Shown here in pieces: positions 9,603 to 17,488 of a stretch of DNA of 64,000 nt (within the stretch, counting starts at the first letter, position 1; every line of letters begins with the position of its first letter). A program made the position numbers and the translations under genes. The stretch lies in assembly GCA_037190965.1 (NCBI GenBank), contig JBBCKI010000029.1, positions 64,001-128,000 of the forward strand, read 5' to 3'. The stretch comes from Chthoniobacteraceae bacterium. GTDB taxonomy: Bacteria > Verrucomicrobiota > Verrucomicrobiia > Chthoniobacterales > Chthoniobacteraceae. The notes under the pieces are model-generated. The model had not been told where the DNA came from, made no database searches, and worked only from the letters and a program-made list of their open reading frames with translations.

Positions 9603-9715
9603 AGTGTGCTCAAATAATCAAGTGTTTTCATGAATACACCTAACGGGCAATTCCATGTCGATCACTCCTCTGTCGGTTCCCCTGAAAATTTGCGAACCAT
9701 TTTTTGAATACACCT
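9603..9715. promoter_or_regulatory. Putative res site / resolvase binding subsites
   Basis: TGAATACACCT repeated at 9631..9641 and 9705..9715, with an imperfect inverted copy (GTGTGCTCAAA) near 9604; directly upstream of the resolvase. Confidence 0.5.
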
Positions 9716-9746
9716 TCAATAAGAATCCCTATCAAATGTTTAACAT

Positions 9747-10271
9747 TTAGCTTGAGCGCGGCTTCAAAACCTTCCGACGCGGATAGACCACTATGAACTC
9801 GTCTGCTGCCCGCTTGATCCACTCGGCGCTTTTCCATCGGATCGTTTGGGGAATAGAATCCGCAACGTAAAAGCCCTTCTGGGTCGCGTCCACAAGAAGA
9901 ACGGCGTGCGGTTCAGCGTAACTGATATTATCGCAGGAGATGACCGGATTGCCTGCCTTAAGCGCGGCTCGGACGGCGCTACGGCTTCTGAGAGCTTTTG
10001 TTCTTACTCGGCACTCCTTCCGAAGAACCATTGCGATGTCCTCCAGTTGAGCGCCATCGGGGTTGCAATTTGTAAGATGGATTGCCTCTTGGTGGGACAG
10101 TAGCCGCCCGCTCAAAAAGTGGGTCGTTGCTTGCAAGACGGAAGCGCAACAAGAATATGGAAACTCTTGTTCGACGACCAAGACAGGTAGATGGCGAGCT
10201 TTCTTCGGACGCGGTAGTGGCCTCTGTGGGCTGTCCTCAAACCAAGACCGAATTGTCTCAATTAGCCCCAT
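9747..10271 (-). CDS. C39-like papain-fold cysteine peptidase
   Basis: EQEFPYSCCAS (Q...C), EPHAVLL (H), YVADS (D). Confidence 0.75.
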   Translation of the reverse strand: MGLIETIRSWFEDSPQRPLPRPKKARHLPVLVVEQEFPYSCCASVLQATTHFLSGRLLSHQEAIHLTNCNPDGAQLEDIAMVLRKECRVRTKALRSRSAVRAALKAGNPVISCDNISYAEPHAVLLVDATQKGFYVADSIPQTIRWKSAEWIKRAADEFIVVYPRRKVLKPRSS

Positions 10272-10605
10272 TCTTGGCTTCAGCGATGATCCGTGCGTTG
10301 TAGAGCTTAACTCGCTTCAGCGCGGAGAAGATCGATACAAGATAGTTTACAGAGAGGAATATCAGCCAAATGGGGGCCGATTGATCGAAGTACACCCAAG
10401 TAAAGAACCAGCCCAGCCCCGTGGAGACAACGCCAGTTAGAGCCGAAGCGTAGAACGTCCCGATGAAGGGGAAAAACATGGCTAAGAGCGCGGCTACCGT
10501 TGGATTCTTCAATTTTTGTTGGAGTTCAAGCAGTTGGAAGATTGAGTCATCTCGTCGGTTTGGCGTAGTGGGAAGCGGTGGGGGCTGGGCTACCTGTGGT
10601 TTCAT
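10258..10605 (-). CDS. Small membrane protein (TM2-like)
   Basis: KNPTVAALLAMFFPFIGTFY followed by two hydrophobic segments. Confidence 0.7.
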   Translation of the reverse strand: MKPQVAQPPPLPTTPNRRDDSIFQLLELQQKLKNPTVAALLAMFFPFIGTFYASALTGVVSTGLGWFFTWVYFDQSAPIWLIFLSVNYLVSIFSALKRVKLYNARIIAEAKNGAN

Positions 10606-10629
10606 GGGGCTAGTAATTAGGCGGTTTTC

Positions 10630-12450
10630 TCAAAGGTAGCCAAGCGCATCACGTTTCTGCCGCAAACTGCGAATTTCTGCATCGTTGGTGCCCCCCGTTT
10701 TCTCAAGCTCCCTGATCTGCGAATCGATAATGGCTCGCTGGGCATCTTTAATTTTTCGCAATTCGGCAGCTTCTTTAGATGGAGGGTCAATAGTCTCACG
10801 AGGAGACCTTAATGGAGCGCTATGATCTGGCTTTGCGTTATCCAAGTAATAGTTCACCAGAGCTTCCGACTGCTCCTTGGTGAGATTGATGTTAGGAAGC
10901 CGGGAGTTCTTGCCCCCGCTTTGCGCATACGATCCCCGCTGAAGAGGACTTGAATTGAAAGCATGGGAAGGCGCGGAACTACGGCTTGCTGCAACATTGC
11001 GAAGTCGCTCCGCTTCAAGCTTTTCCCATTCCTGTCTCTTCACCGCCTCTACGGCTTCCAACTGCTCACGACTTTTCTTTGCGAGGGAGGCTTGCGCATT
11101 CCTGTCTGCAATAAGAATTGATGCTGCGAGGTATAGGTCATCCGTAAGGATATCCTTGGAAACCTCAAATCGGCTTTGGCCCGAGCGCACAAACAAGGTC
11201 TCTCCTCGATCTTCGATTTGCTCAACTTTTGTTGCCGGCGGAAAGCCTACCACGCCGTCATCGGTAAAGAAGGTTTGATGCTGGGTCGTGTAAAACATCC
11301 CTTCAGGAGCTTTAGCCCGTACCAAGGGGGCGATAGATGCGCTCCAACAATAGGGGCCACCTCCAGCACACGTGTAAGTCCCGGCAACCGTGGTTCCATC
11401 AGGGGAAATCTCTCCATCGTAAACGCTGTCGCGCTTGTCGCTGCTGTTCTTCGACTGGATGTGAACCTTGTTTCCTTTTCGGGTAACAAAAGCTTGGAAT
11501 GTCTTTGTTCCTCCGCGCTCGCCATCTTTCAGGGAAACATCAAAAATCGTAGAATAGCCCCGACGAATCCATTGCCCTTTCCATTCGCCGTACTCTTGAG
11601 CCTTCCAAACGGTTCCTAGAATATCGTCAGTAACAGACTTTTGTTTTTCGACGGCGGCTCTTTGTTCGTCAATGGAACCGGCACCGGGCGCTACTTGTGT
11701 GCTCGCCTCTACAGATGGGGCCGCGCTTTCAGCAGGGGTCTCAAATCCGCTCAATCCCATCAGCCCAGCGATAAGGAGTAGGCTGTAGGCGAGGCATAAG
11801 CTCGTAAGGACCCGCCCCTTGCCTCTGAAAGCTGGGTCTCTCCTAATCTGCGCACGCGCTAGATGCCCAAGAACGAGCGTTGGAACTCCAAGGACAGCGA
11901 AGATCACTCCGATGACGATCAAAGCGGCATGTGGGCCGAAGGTATGCAGAACGGGGCCGTAGGAATTGGGAAGAAATCCCACGAGAAGAAGGGCGAAAAT
12001 CAGGGAGAGTCGCGCTTTTAGAGGAACCAAGCATTGCTCGCCTTTCCCTAGCGCCCACCAGACACCGCCTATCAGGAAGAAAAGGGCTTGGAGAACAAAA
12101 ATTCCTTTCTCTACCGGTGAGGAAACCAATTTAAAGGCATAGAGTAGCCCGAGACCGAAAAGGATGAAGAGGCCCCCAATTGCCCGCTTGGTAATACCCT
12201 TTATTCGTGACTCCTCGTAGGCATTTGGCTTCTGAATCCCTTTCTCTGGGAGCCTTGGAGCGGGCGCTTGGGCTTCGGGGGCCGGGCTATGAGAGATTTC
12301 TGGCACCTGAAAGATGGGTTTCCACTCATCCATGCCCTCATACCAAGCGAGATCCATCGGATAGAGCTTTCCCGAAGCGAGCATTTGACGGGCTTGCTCT
12401 ACCGAGTACGGGCCAAGCCGCCTATCGTTCCTTCCAATGTAGATGTCCAT
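10630..12450 (-). CDS. GYF_2 (DUF4339) + DUF4190-like membrane protein with large C-terminal soluble domain
   Basis: N-terminal GPYS....L..G.L...DLAWYEGM.EW; about 5 TM segments; LGHLARAQIRR....GKG motif. Confidence 0.8.
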   Translation of the reverse strand: MDIYIGRNDRRLGPYSVEQARQMLASGKLYPMDLAWYEGMDEWKPIFQVPEISHSPAPEAQAPAPRLPEKGIQKPNAYEESRIKGITKRAIGGLFILFGLGLLYAFKLVSSPVEKGIFVLQALFFLIGGVWWALGKGEQCLVPLKARLSLIFALLLVGFLPNSYGPVLHTFGPHAALIVIGVIFAVLGVPTLVLGHLARAQIRRDPAFRGKGRVLTSLCLAYSLLLIAGLMGLSGFETPAESAAPSVEASTQVAPGAGSIDEQRAAVEKQKSVTDDILGTVWKAQEYGEWKGQWIRRGYSTIFDVSLKDGERGGTKTFQAFVTRKGNKVHIQSKNSSDKRDSVYDGEISPDGTTVAGTYTCAGGGPYCWSASIAPLVRAKAPEGMFYTTQHQTFFTDDGVVGFPPATKVEQIEDRGETLFVRSGQSRFEVSKDILTDDLYLAASILIADRNAQASLAKKSREQLEAVEAVKRQEWEKLEAERLRNVAASRSSAPSHAFNSSPLQRGSYAQSGGKNSRLPNINLTKEQSEALVNYYLDNAKPDHSAPLRSPRETIDPPSKEAAELRKIKDAQRAIIDSQIRELEKTGGTNDAEIRSLRQKRDALGYL

Positions 12451-12528
12451 AAATCGCGGTTTCCTCTGGTGTGGATTTGAATACTATAGTCTGTGTCGCG
12501 ATGGGTCAACGGTCTTTAGCCTCGGTGA

Positions 12529-12768
12529 GTGTCCCGAGAGGCGTTTGCCAACGTGCTGAAGACCTTACGCGGTCAGAAAAAGCTCTCCCAAGAGGAGTTG
12601 GCCTTTCGGGCCAACGTGCATCGGACGTATGTGTCCCAATTAGAGCGGGGGCTAAAGTCACCGACCTTGGATACCCTTTCTCTAATCTGTGAAGTCCTTG
12701 AGATTCGGGTTTCCGATCTGCTGCGTCTGGTCGAAGAAGAAGCAGATGCCCGAAAGACGAGGCGTTGA
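12529..12768 (+). CDS. XRE-family HTH regulator (R-M controller C-protein-like)
   Basis: LSQEELAFRANVHRTYVSQLERGLKSPTL. Confidence 0.88.
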   Translation: MSREAFANVLKTLRGQKKLSQEELAFRANVHRTYVSQLERGLKSPTLDTLSLICEVLEIRVSDLLRLVEEEADARKTRR

Positions 12769-12855
12769 ATCTCTCAAGCGCCTCTTCGCAGCGTGGGGAC
12801 TGGAGGCAAAAGTTTGATTCGTTCAGACTCATGACGGGACGGCTTACTCCCCGAT

Positions 12856-12892
12856 TATTCTAAATGCGAGTAAAATATTCTTCATGAGAATA
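12856..12892. promoter_or_regulatory. Tandem 17-bp pseudo-palindromic boxes upstream of the second XRE gene
   Basis: TATTCTAAATGCGAGTA (12856..12872) and TATTCTTCATGAGAATA (12876..12892), 20-bp period. Confidence 0.5.
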
Positions 12893-12926
12893 CATCCGGC
12901 GCAAGAATCCCGTAGAAGGGCGGCAG

Positions 12927-13178
12927 GTGAAGAAGACCCGCCAATCGAAATTCAAAAACGTCATCGGCGAGCGCGTTCGGCTCGCTCGGGTCTCAATGAC
13001 GCCTCCGGTTTCTCAAGACGATCTATCGGGCAAGCTGGCACGTCTAGGCGTCCAAATCACTCAAACGTCTCTTTCGAAATTGGAGAGCCGCCAGCGCTAC
13101 GTACTTGATTACGAGGCGCTTGCCATTTCAAAGGCGTTAAAGGTGGAAATCTCTTGGCTTTACGGAGAGGGAGGGTGA
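12927..13178 (+). CDS. XRE-family HTH regulator
   Basis: NVIGERVRLAR...SQDDLS.KL...G.....TSLSKLES.QR.V.D.E...I..AL.V...WL. Confidence 0.85.
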   Translation: MKKTRQSKFKNVIGERVRLARVSMTPPVSQDDLSGKLARLGVQITQTSLSKLESRQRYVLDYEALAISKALKVEISWLYGEGG

Positions 13179-13181
13179 TCG

Positions 13182-14429
13182 CTACGCGGCAGCAGCCAGC
13201 TCAAGAGAAGGGAATTCCTCTCGGAGTTCTTTGATTTTCACCGTAGGCCGAAAGCCGAGCACTTTTTCATACTCTTCCTCCAAGACGCCTTTGAATTCGG
13301 CTGTGTGTTTTCCCGTGGTGACAAGGCAATCGTGAATGCTGATCATGCAGACGTTGCCTGAGGTGTATTTTTGGCCAATTCGTATGGCGGCGCTATTGAT
13401 CACGATATCTGATTCTATTTTCTGGATTTTTTTTGCCAAATCACGCTGGTGCCTCCGCTTTTCGGCTTTGATACGATCAGCCAGTATTGGAAATTCAGCG
13501 ACAAATATCTCCCAAAGCTCCGCTGGAGGAGCGTAGGCTGAACCAAAGAAGATAGCTCTGAAAACGGCTTTCTTGAATTCGGTTTTGACCTCGTCATCTT
13601 CTAAGTTGAACGGAAATTTCAACCTGCTGTTCAGAAATGCGTAGAACGTGTTGCCGCTGACAATGGCTACGTACCTCGATTTTTCCTCGCATTCCTCCCG
13701 GTACAGCAGCGACGCAATGCATGGATGTGAGCCGGAGATATCAATGGAGTACAGCGGCTCTCCATTGTAGGTCAGAAACGGCCTCAATTTCCGGGGCATG
13801 TTTGTCAAGTTGTTATAAAACCGCCCCTGTGCATCGCTGCTCACGCGAAAGTAGCGCTGCTCCAGCCTCAAAATTGCATTCAGCCAGAAGTTCTCTGATC
13901 TATCCTTCGTAAATGCTGTCAATTCGAGAAGCCGCCGCGCGCCAGCAGCATCGAAGGTCAAAGTCTGCAAGCTCTTATAGATTAACCGCTTTCCCGAATG
14001 TCCCTCGATTTCACGCAGGTTCTCTTCGAGTTTAACGGTATTTATTCTTCTTCCGAACCGGCTATTCGAGATAGGAGTCGTTTTGAATCTACACCCCCAG
14101 AACCTTTTGCCGATTCGATAAGATTTACTTTCTTGTTGTGGAGAATAGGTTTCACGATTCCGTTTCTTTCTGACCTCAATAATTCCGCTTTTGAGAAGAG
14201 CGTCTTTTACATCGCTCAGGTGATGCGACGTGAGCAGTCGTTCCAGTCGTTTTGAATATACGGGGAAATATTCAGCCCAAGTTTTATCGAGAATTACGTG
14301 CTGAAGATAAAGTGAACTTATCAAGTAATTGCATTTATCACGGAATAACGATCTATTCAGGTAGCTCAATCCGCACCGGTTCAGCTCTTCCTCCAAATCA
14401 AGGTTTTCGGGAACAAAGAAACAATCCAT
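13182..14429 (-). CDS. Divergent family-A / T7-RNAP-related polymerase (TV-Pol-like)
   Basis: DAQGRFY (DxxGRxY), motif A SIDISGSHP, motif B FKKAVFRAIFFG, IQKIES, motif C SIHDC; N-terminal region looks wHTH-like. Confidence 0.75.
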   Translation of the reverse strand: MDCFFVPENLDLEEELNRCGLSYLNRSLFRDKCNYLISSLYLQHVILDKTWAEYFPVYSKRLERLLTSHHLSDVKDALLKSGIIEVRKKRNRETYSPQQESKSYRIGKRFWGCRFKTTPISNSRFGRRINTVKLEENLREIEGHSGKRLIYKSLQTLTFDAAGARRLLELTAFTKDRSENFWLNAILRLEQRYFRVSSDAQGRFYNNLTNMPRKLRPFLTYNGEPLYSIDISGSHPCIASLLYREECEEKSRYVAIVSGNTFYAFLNSRLKFPFNLEDDEVKTEFKKAVFRAIFFGSAYAPPAELWEIFVAEFPILADRIKAEKRRHQRDLAKKIQKIESDIVINSAAIRIGQKYTSGNVCMISIHDCLVTTGKHTAEFKGVLEEEYEKVLGFRPTVKIKELREEFPSLELAAAA

Positions 14430-15069
14430 GCCTCATTTATAGCTAGGGAAATCGATTTTTATAGGGGATTTTTTTCTTTGAAGAGGGAAATGGGAGGAAA
14501 AGCGAAGAACATATGAACTGTACTATATTTTTTCTTGATGTACATCATCATGTTCAATGGTATTCATGCCTTTATTCCCTATGATACTCCTGTTTAAACG
14601 GGTCTTTGTTATATTCACTTAATGATTCTGTGTACGGTTCTCTGGCATGTTGGCCTATATCTTCAAGCAATAGTAGCCCCCGAATTGCGGGTTAAAGGGT
14701 TAATCGCTATTAATCCTTTCAGAAGTGCAGCAGAAGCACGGGCGTGGTCTCCCGCGATTTTCGAAGCAAAAGGCTCAGGAGGGGCATTTACGCTCGATCT
14801 CGGGCTATCTCTAGATTGGGAATCAATCCCAAAGAATCGGGAGAAATAGCGCGGCTCCCCTATGCCTTAGCATGAAATCGGGCTTTTTGATACTTTTCAT
14901 AAATGCGTGGGGGGGATGTCGATCGATCATCGCAACGAGAAGGGAGGAATCTTGGAATAATTCTGGTAACGACAAAAAATCCAAAAATCGACCTATAAAA
15001 TCGCCAGCTCACGGCTATAAATGAGGTATCGGCATTAGGCCGATGAGAAACAATAAAAAATAGGAACTT

Positions 15070-15267
15070 ATGGTAATGGATAGTGATGAGAGGTTGATCG
15101 ACTCAAAGGCTGTAGCCGCGATGCTCGGAATTAGCGAGCGAGGCGTTTGGCGAGCGGCAGGTTGTGGGGCTATTCCTGCTCCAATTAAAATTAGAAGAAG
15201 TGCTCGCTGGCTAAAGTCGGAGTTGGATGAGTTCTTCAAGAGAGCAAAAAATACAAGAAATAACTGA
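15070..15267 (+). CDS. AlpA/Xis-like excisionase-regulator
   Basis: LIDSKAVAAMLGIS...VWR....G.IPAPIKI.RSARW..SELDEF; directly upstream of integrase. Confidence 0.85.
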   Translation: MVMDSDERLIDSKAVAAMLGISERGVWRAAGCGAIPAPIKIRRSARWLKSELDEFFKRAKNTRNN

Positions 15268-15277
15268 ATGTTTACGA

Positions 15278-16744
15278 ATGCATATGATTAACTACGTCTA
15301 CAAAAAGAGAAAGAAAGTTGATGGTAAAACGGTTGCGTCTAAATACTACTATGGCCGTTATCGCTTGGAGGGTGAAACCAAAGTTACTCCTGTGTTTCTT
15401 GGGACCGCTGATAAGCAGGTGGCCAAGAAGCTCCTGAGTGACATAATTGTTGAAAAACAGAAACAGAAAGCCGGGTTAGCTCCGAGTTTCGGAAAAGATT
15501 CTTTGAGTAAGCCCATCGAAGAGCATATCGAGGATTTCGCCACCGATATGAAGGAGAGAGCAAGCGGTATGCATGTCTATACCATGCGGAAGAGGCTTCT
15601 TAAGCTTGCGAAAGAATGCAAATGGAAACATCTTTCAGATGCCACATCCGATTCGTTCGTTTCTTGGCGGTCGGCGCAAACTTTCGCCCCTTCAACGAGA
15701 AATCAGTACCTTGAGTATCTTTGCAGATTCTTTAAGTGGCTGGTTTCCGAAACGAAGCGTTTTCCCAACAATCCCTTTCAGGATTTGGGAAAGGTTGATG
15801 AGAGAAAAAAGGCTCGCGTTAGGAGAGCCTTCAACGATGAGGATTTGCAGAGGGTCTTGGATGTCGCTGGGGAATGGCGGGTTGGTTATCTGGCGGCTGT
15901 TTATACGGGGCTTCGGCGTGGCGAGTTAGCATCTCTTGAATGGAGGCATGTTCATCTTGACGCTGCCTCCCCTTACTTGACGCTTGAAGGGGAGTTCACG
16001 AAAAATGGGGAGCCTGCAAGCCTGCCTCTCCATCCTGATTTGGTTGAACAATTGGATCGAGTCAGGCCGCTGGAGGCTTCGCCATCGGAAAAGATCTTCT
16101 CCAAGAGGACTTTGCCGACCATTTACATGCTCAAAAGGCATCTCCAAAAGGCGGGGATTCCATTTAAGGATGAATCAGGCAGGCAGCTCGATTTTCACTC
16201 CTTGAGATACACGTTAGCAACCAACCTTTCGTTAGGCAACGTTGCCCCGCGTATTGCAATGGAGATGATGCGCCACAAGGACATTCATCTGACGATGAAC
16301 ACCTACACGGACTCCAGCCGTTTGGAGCTTCACGGAGCAATCAAAGCTCTCCCATCGTTCTCCTTGCCCGCCGCAACCTCGAGGAAAAAGGGAGGTGGTG
16401 AGGTGACACAGATGGAGGCACAATCTCCAGACTCTGATGGTCAAGAGCTGGCACAACCTGTCGCGGGAGGGTCTTCGGGCCTTCCCGCCCATTCCCCTGA
16501 AACTGAGGGCTTTAGGCGTGAACTGACGCTGCTTGACATCGCCCGTCACGAAGAGGGGTTGGCTGCCTTACTAGGACTCGAACCTAGACAAACAGATCCA
16601 GAATCTGCAGTGCTACCATTACACCATAAGGCAAGGTGGGATCCGCTTTTCCGTGCGGGAGTGGAGTATCTAGACGGAAAAGAGGGTTGGCGCAATAGAA
16701 AATCGCTCGGGATGGGGCGAAAATGTTGGAGGTCAGGCTCTTAG
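15278..16744 (+). CDS. int: Tyrosine recombinase/integrase (frame reads through att and antisense across the tRNA)
   Basis: TGLRRGEL (R), FTKNG (K), FHSLRYT (HxxR), MMRH, MNTYTD (Y). Confidence 0.95.
   Translation: MHMINYVYKKRKKVDGKTVASKYYYGRYRLEGETKVTPVFLGTADKQVAKKLLSDIIVEKQKQKAGLAPSFGKDSLSKPIEEHIEDFATDMKERASGMHVYTMRKRLLKLAKECKWKHLSDATSDSFVSWRSAQTFAPSTRNQYLEYLCRFFKWLVSETKRFPNNPFQDLGKVDERKKARVRRAFNDEDLQRVLDVAGEWRVGYLAAVYTGLRRGELASLEWRHVHLDAASPYLTLEGEFTKNGEPASLPLHPDLVEQLDRVRPLEASPSEKIFSKRTLPTIYMLKRHLQKAGIPFKDESGRQLDFHSLRYTLATNLSLGNVAPRIAMEMMRHKDIHLTMNTYTDSSRLELHGAIKALPSFSLPAATSRKKGGGEVTQMEAQSPDSDGQELAQPVAGGSSGLPAHSPETEGFRRELTLLDIARHEEGLAALLGLEPRQTDPESAVLPLHHKARWDPLFRAGVEYLDGKEGWRNRKSLGMGRKCWRSGS
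16559..16582 (+). repeat. att direct repeat, tRNA-proximal copy (24 bp)
   Basis: Identical to 4907..4930; spans T-loop to CCA of the tRNA. Confidence 0.95.
16560..16633 (-). tRNA. tRNA-Gln (anticodon CTG)
   Basis: Minus strand TGCCTTATGGTGTAATGGTAGCACTGCAGATTCTGGATCTGTTTGTCTAGGTTCGAGTCCTAGTAAGGCAGCCA folds as a cloverleaf with GTTCGA T-loop and encoded CCA. Confidence 0.97.
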
Positions 16745-16750
16745 GGGGTG

Positions 16751-17488
16751 TTATTTCCCAAGCGGGCGGCTGACGTTGGCGTCTGCGGGGGGGATGAACT
16801 CAAAGGTGGCGGCGGGGAGGTCGGTGCGACGCGGGTTGGCGTAGACGGTGCTGACGCGGTCGCCTTTGGGCATTTGAAAGTCGGTTCGGGTGACGTTGAG
16901 GTCGGCGTCGAGGATGACGGTGAGCTGCTGGACGATTCGCTTGAGATTGCTTTTCTTGGGCGTGAGCGTGACCCGATAGCCGGGGTTTTCGTGGGCGACG
17001 TCGAGATTGTAGAAGGCTTCCACTTTACCGAAGTTCAGCCCGGCGGTGAGGGCGGCCATGGCGTCGTCGAACATGGCGCGGTGGCCCAAGGTGTAGAGTT
17101 CCGCTTCCTTGAAGTTCGGGTAATACAGCCACAGGACGCTTCCGTTGCTGACGGTGAGGCTCGGGCTGGAGCCGGTGACTTCGCGGCGGAATTTGTTGGG
17201 CGCATGGAACGCGATGGTGCCGGCGCTGGAGACGGGCTTCTTGAGGAGCCGGGAGGTGCGCTCCTCGGTGAAATTGGCCTGGAGGGAGGGGTGCTTCGCT
17301 TTGATCGATTCCAAGCGTTCCAGAAGCGCGGCGCGCTCGGGGGCGGTGAGGGTTTGGGCGGAAGCGCTCGGACCGGACGCCGCCAGGAGGGCTGCGGCGA
17401 CAAGGGCGTTGCAGGCGCTGAGCGCGGAGAGGGCTCGGCGCAGGAGTGGGAAGCGGGGGGCGAAGGCGGGATGGCTAGGACGTTTCAT
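16751..17488 (-). CDS. LolA-family outer-membrane lipoprotein carrier
   Basis: Signal peptide; SLQANFTEER....L..P..S.G.....PNKFR.E.......VSNG..LW.Y.P; start taken at MKRPS. Confidence 0.85.
   Translation of the reverse strand: MKRPSHPAFAPRFPLLRRALSALSACNALVAAALLAASGPSASAQTLTAPERAALLERLESIKAKHPSLQANFTEERTSRLLKKPVSSAGTIAFHAPNKFRREVTGSSPSLTVSNGSVLWLYYPNFKEAELYTLGHRAMFDDAMAALTAGLNFGKVEAFYNLDVAHENPGYRVTLTPKKSNLKRIVQQLTVILDADLNVTRTDFQMPKGDRVSTVYANPRRTDLPAATFEFIPPADANVSRPLGK

Larger units (their letters stand above)
4907..16582. mobile_element. ~11.7-kb integrative element at tRNA-Gln(CTG)
   Basis: Perfect 24-bp terminal direct repeats, tyrosine integrase and AlpA/Xis next to the tRNA, visibly lower GC than flanks. 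Confidence 0.93.

Noticed and set aside
12529..12768. Restriction-modification system implied by the C-like protein
   Set aside because: No DNA methyltransferase motifs in any ORF of the element.
15227..15277. Integrase start at 15227
   Set aside because: It overlaps alpA by 41 nt; ATG at 15278 or 15284 just after the alpA stop is more plausible.
4907..16582. Intact prophage or ICE
   Set aside because: No recognisable capsid, terminase, tail, lysis, relaxase or T4SS genes.
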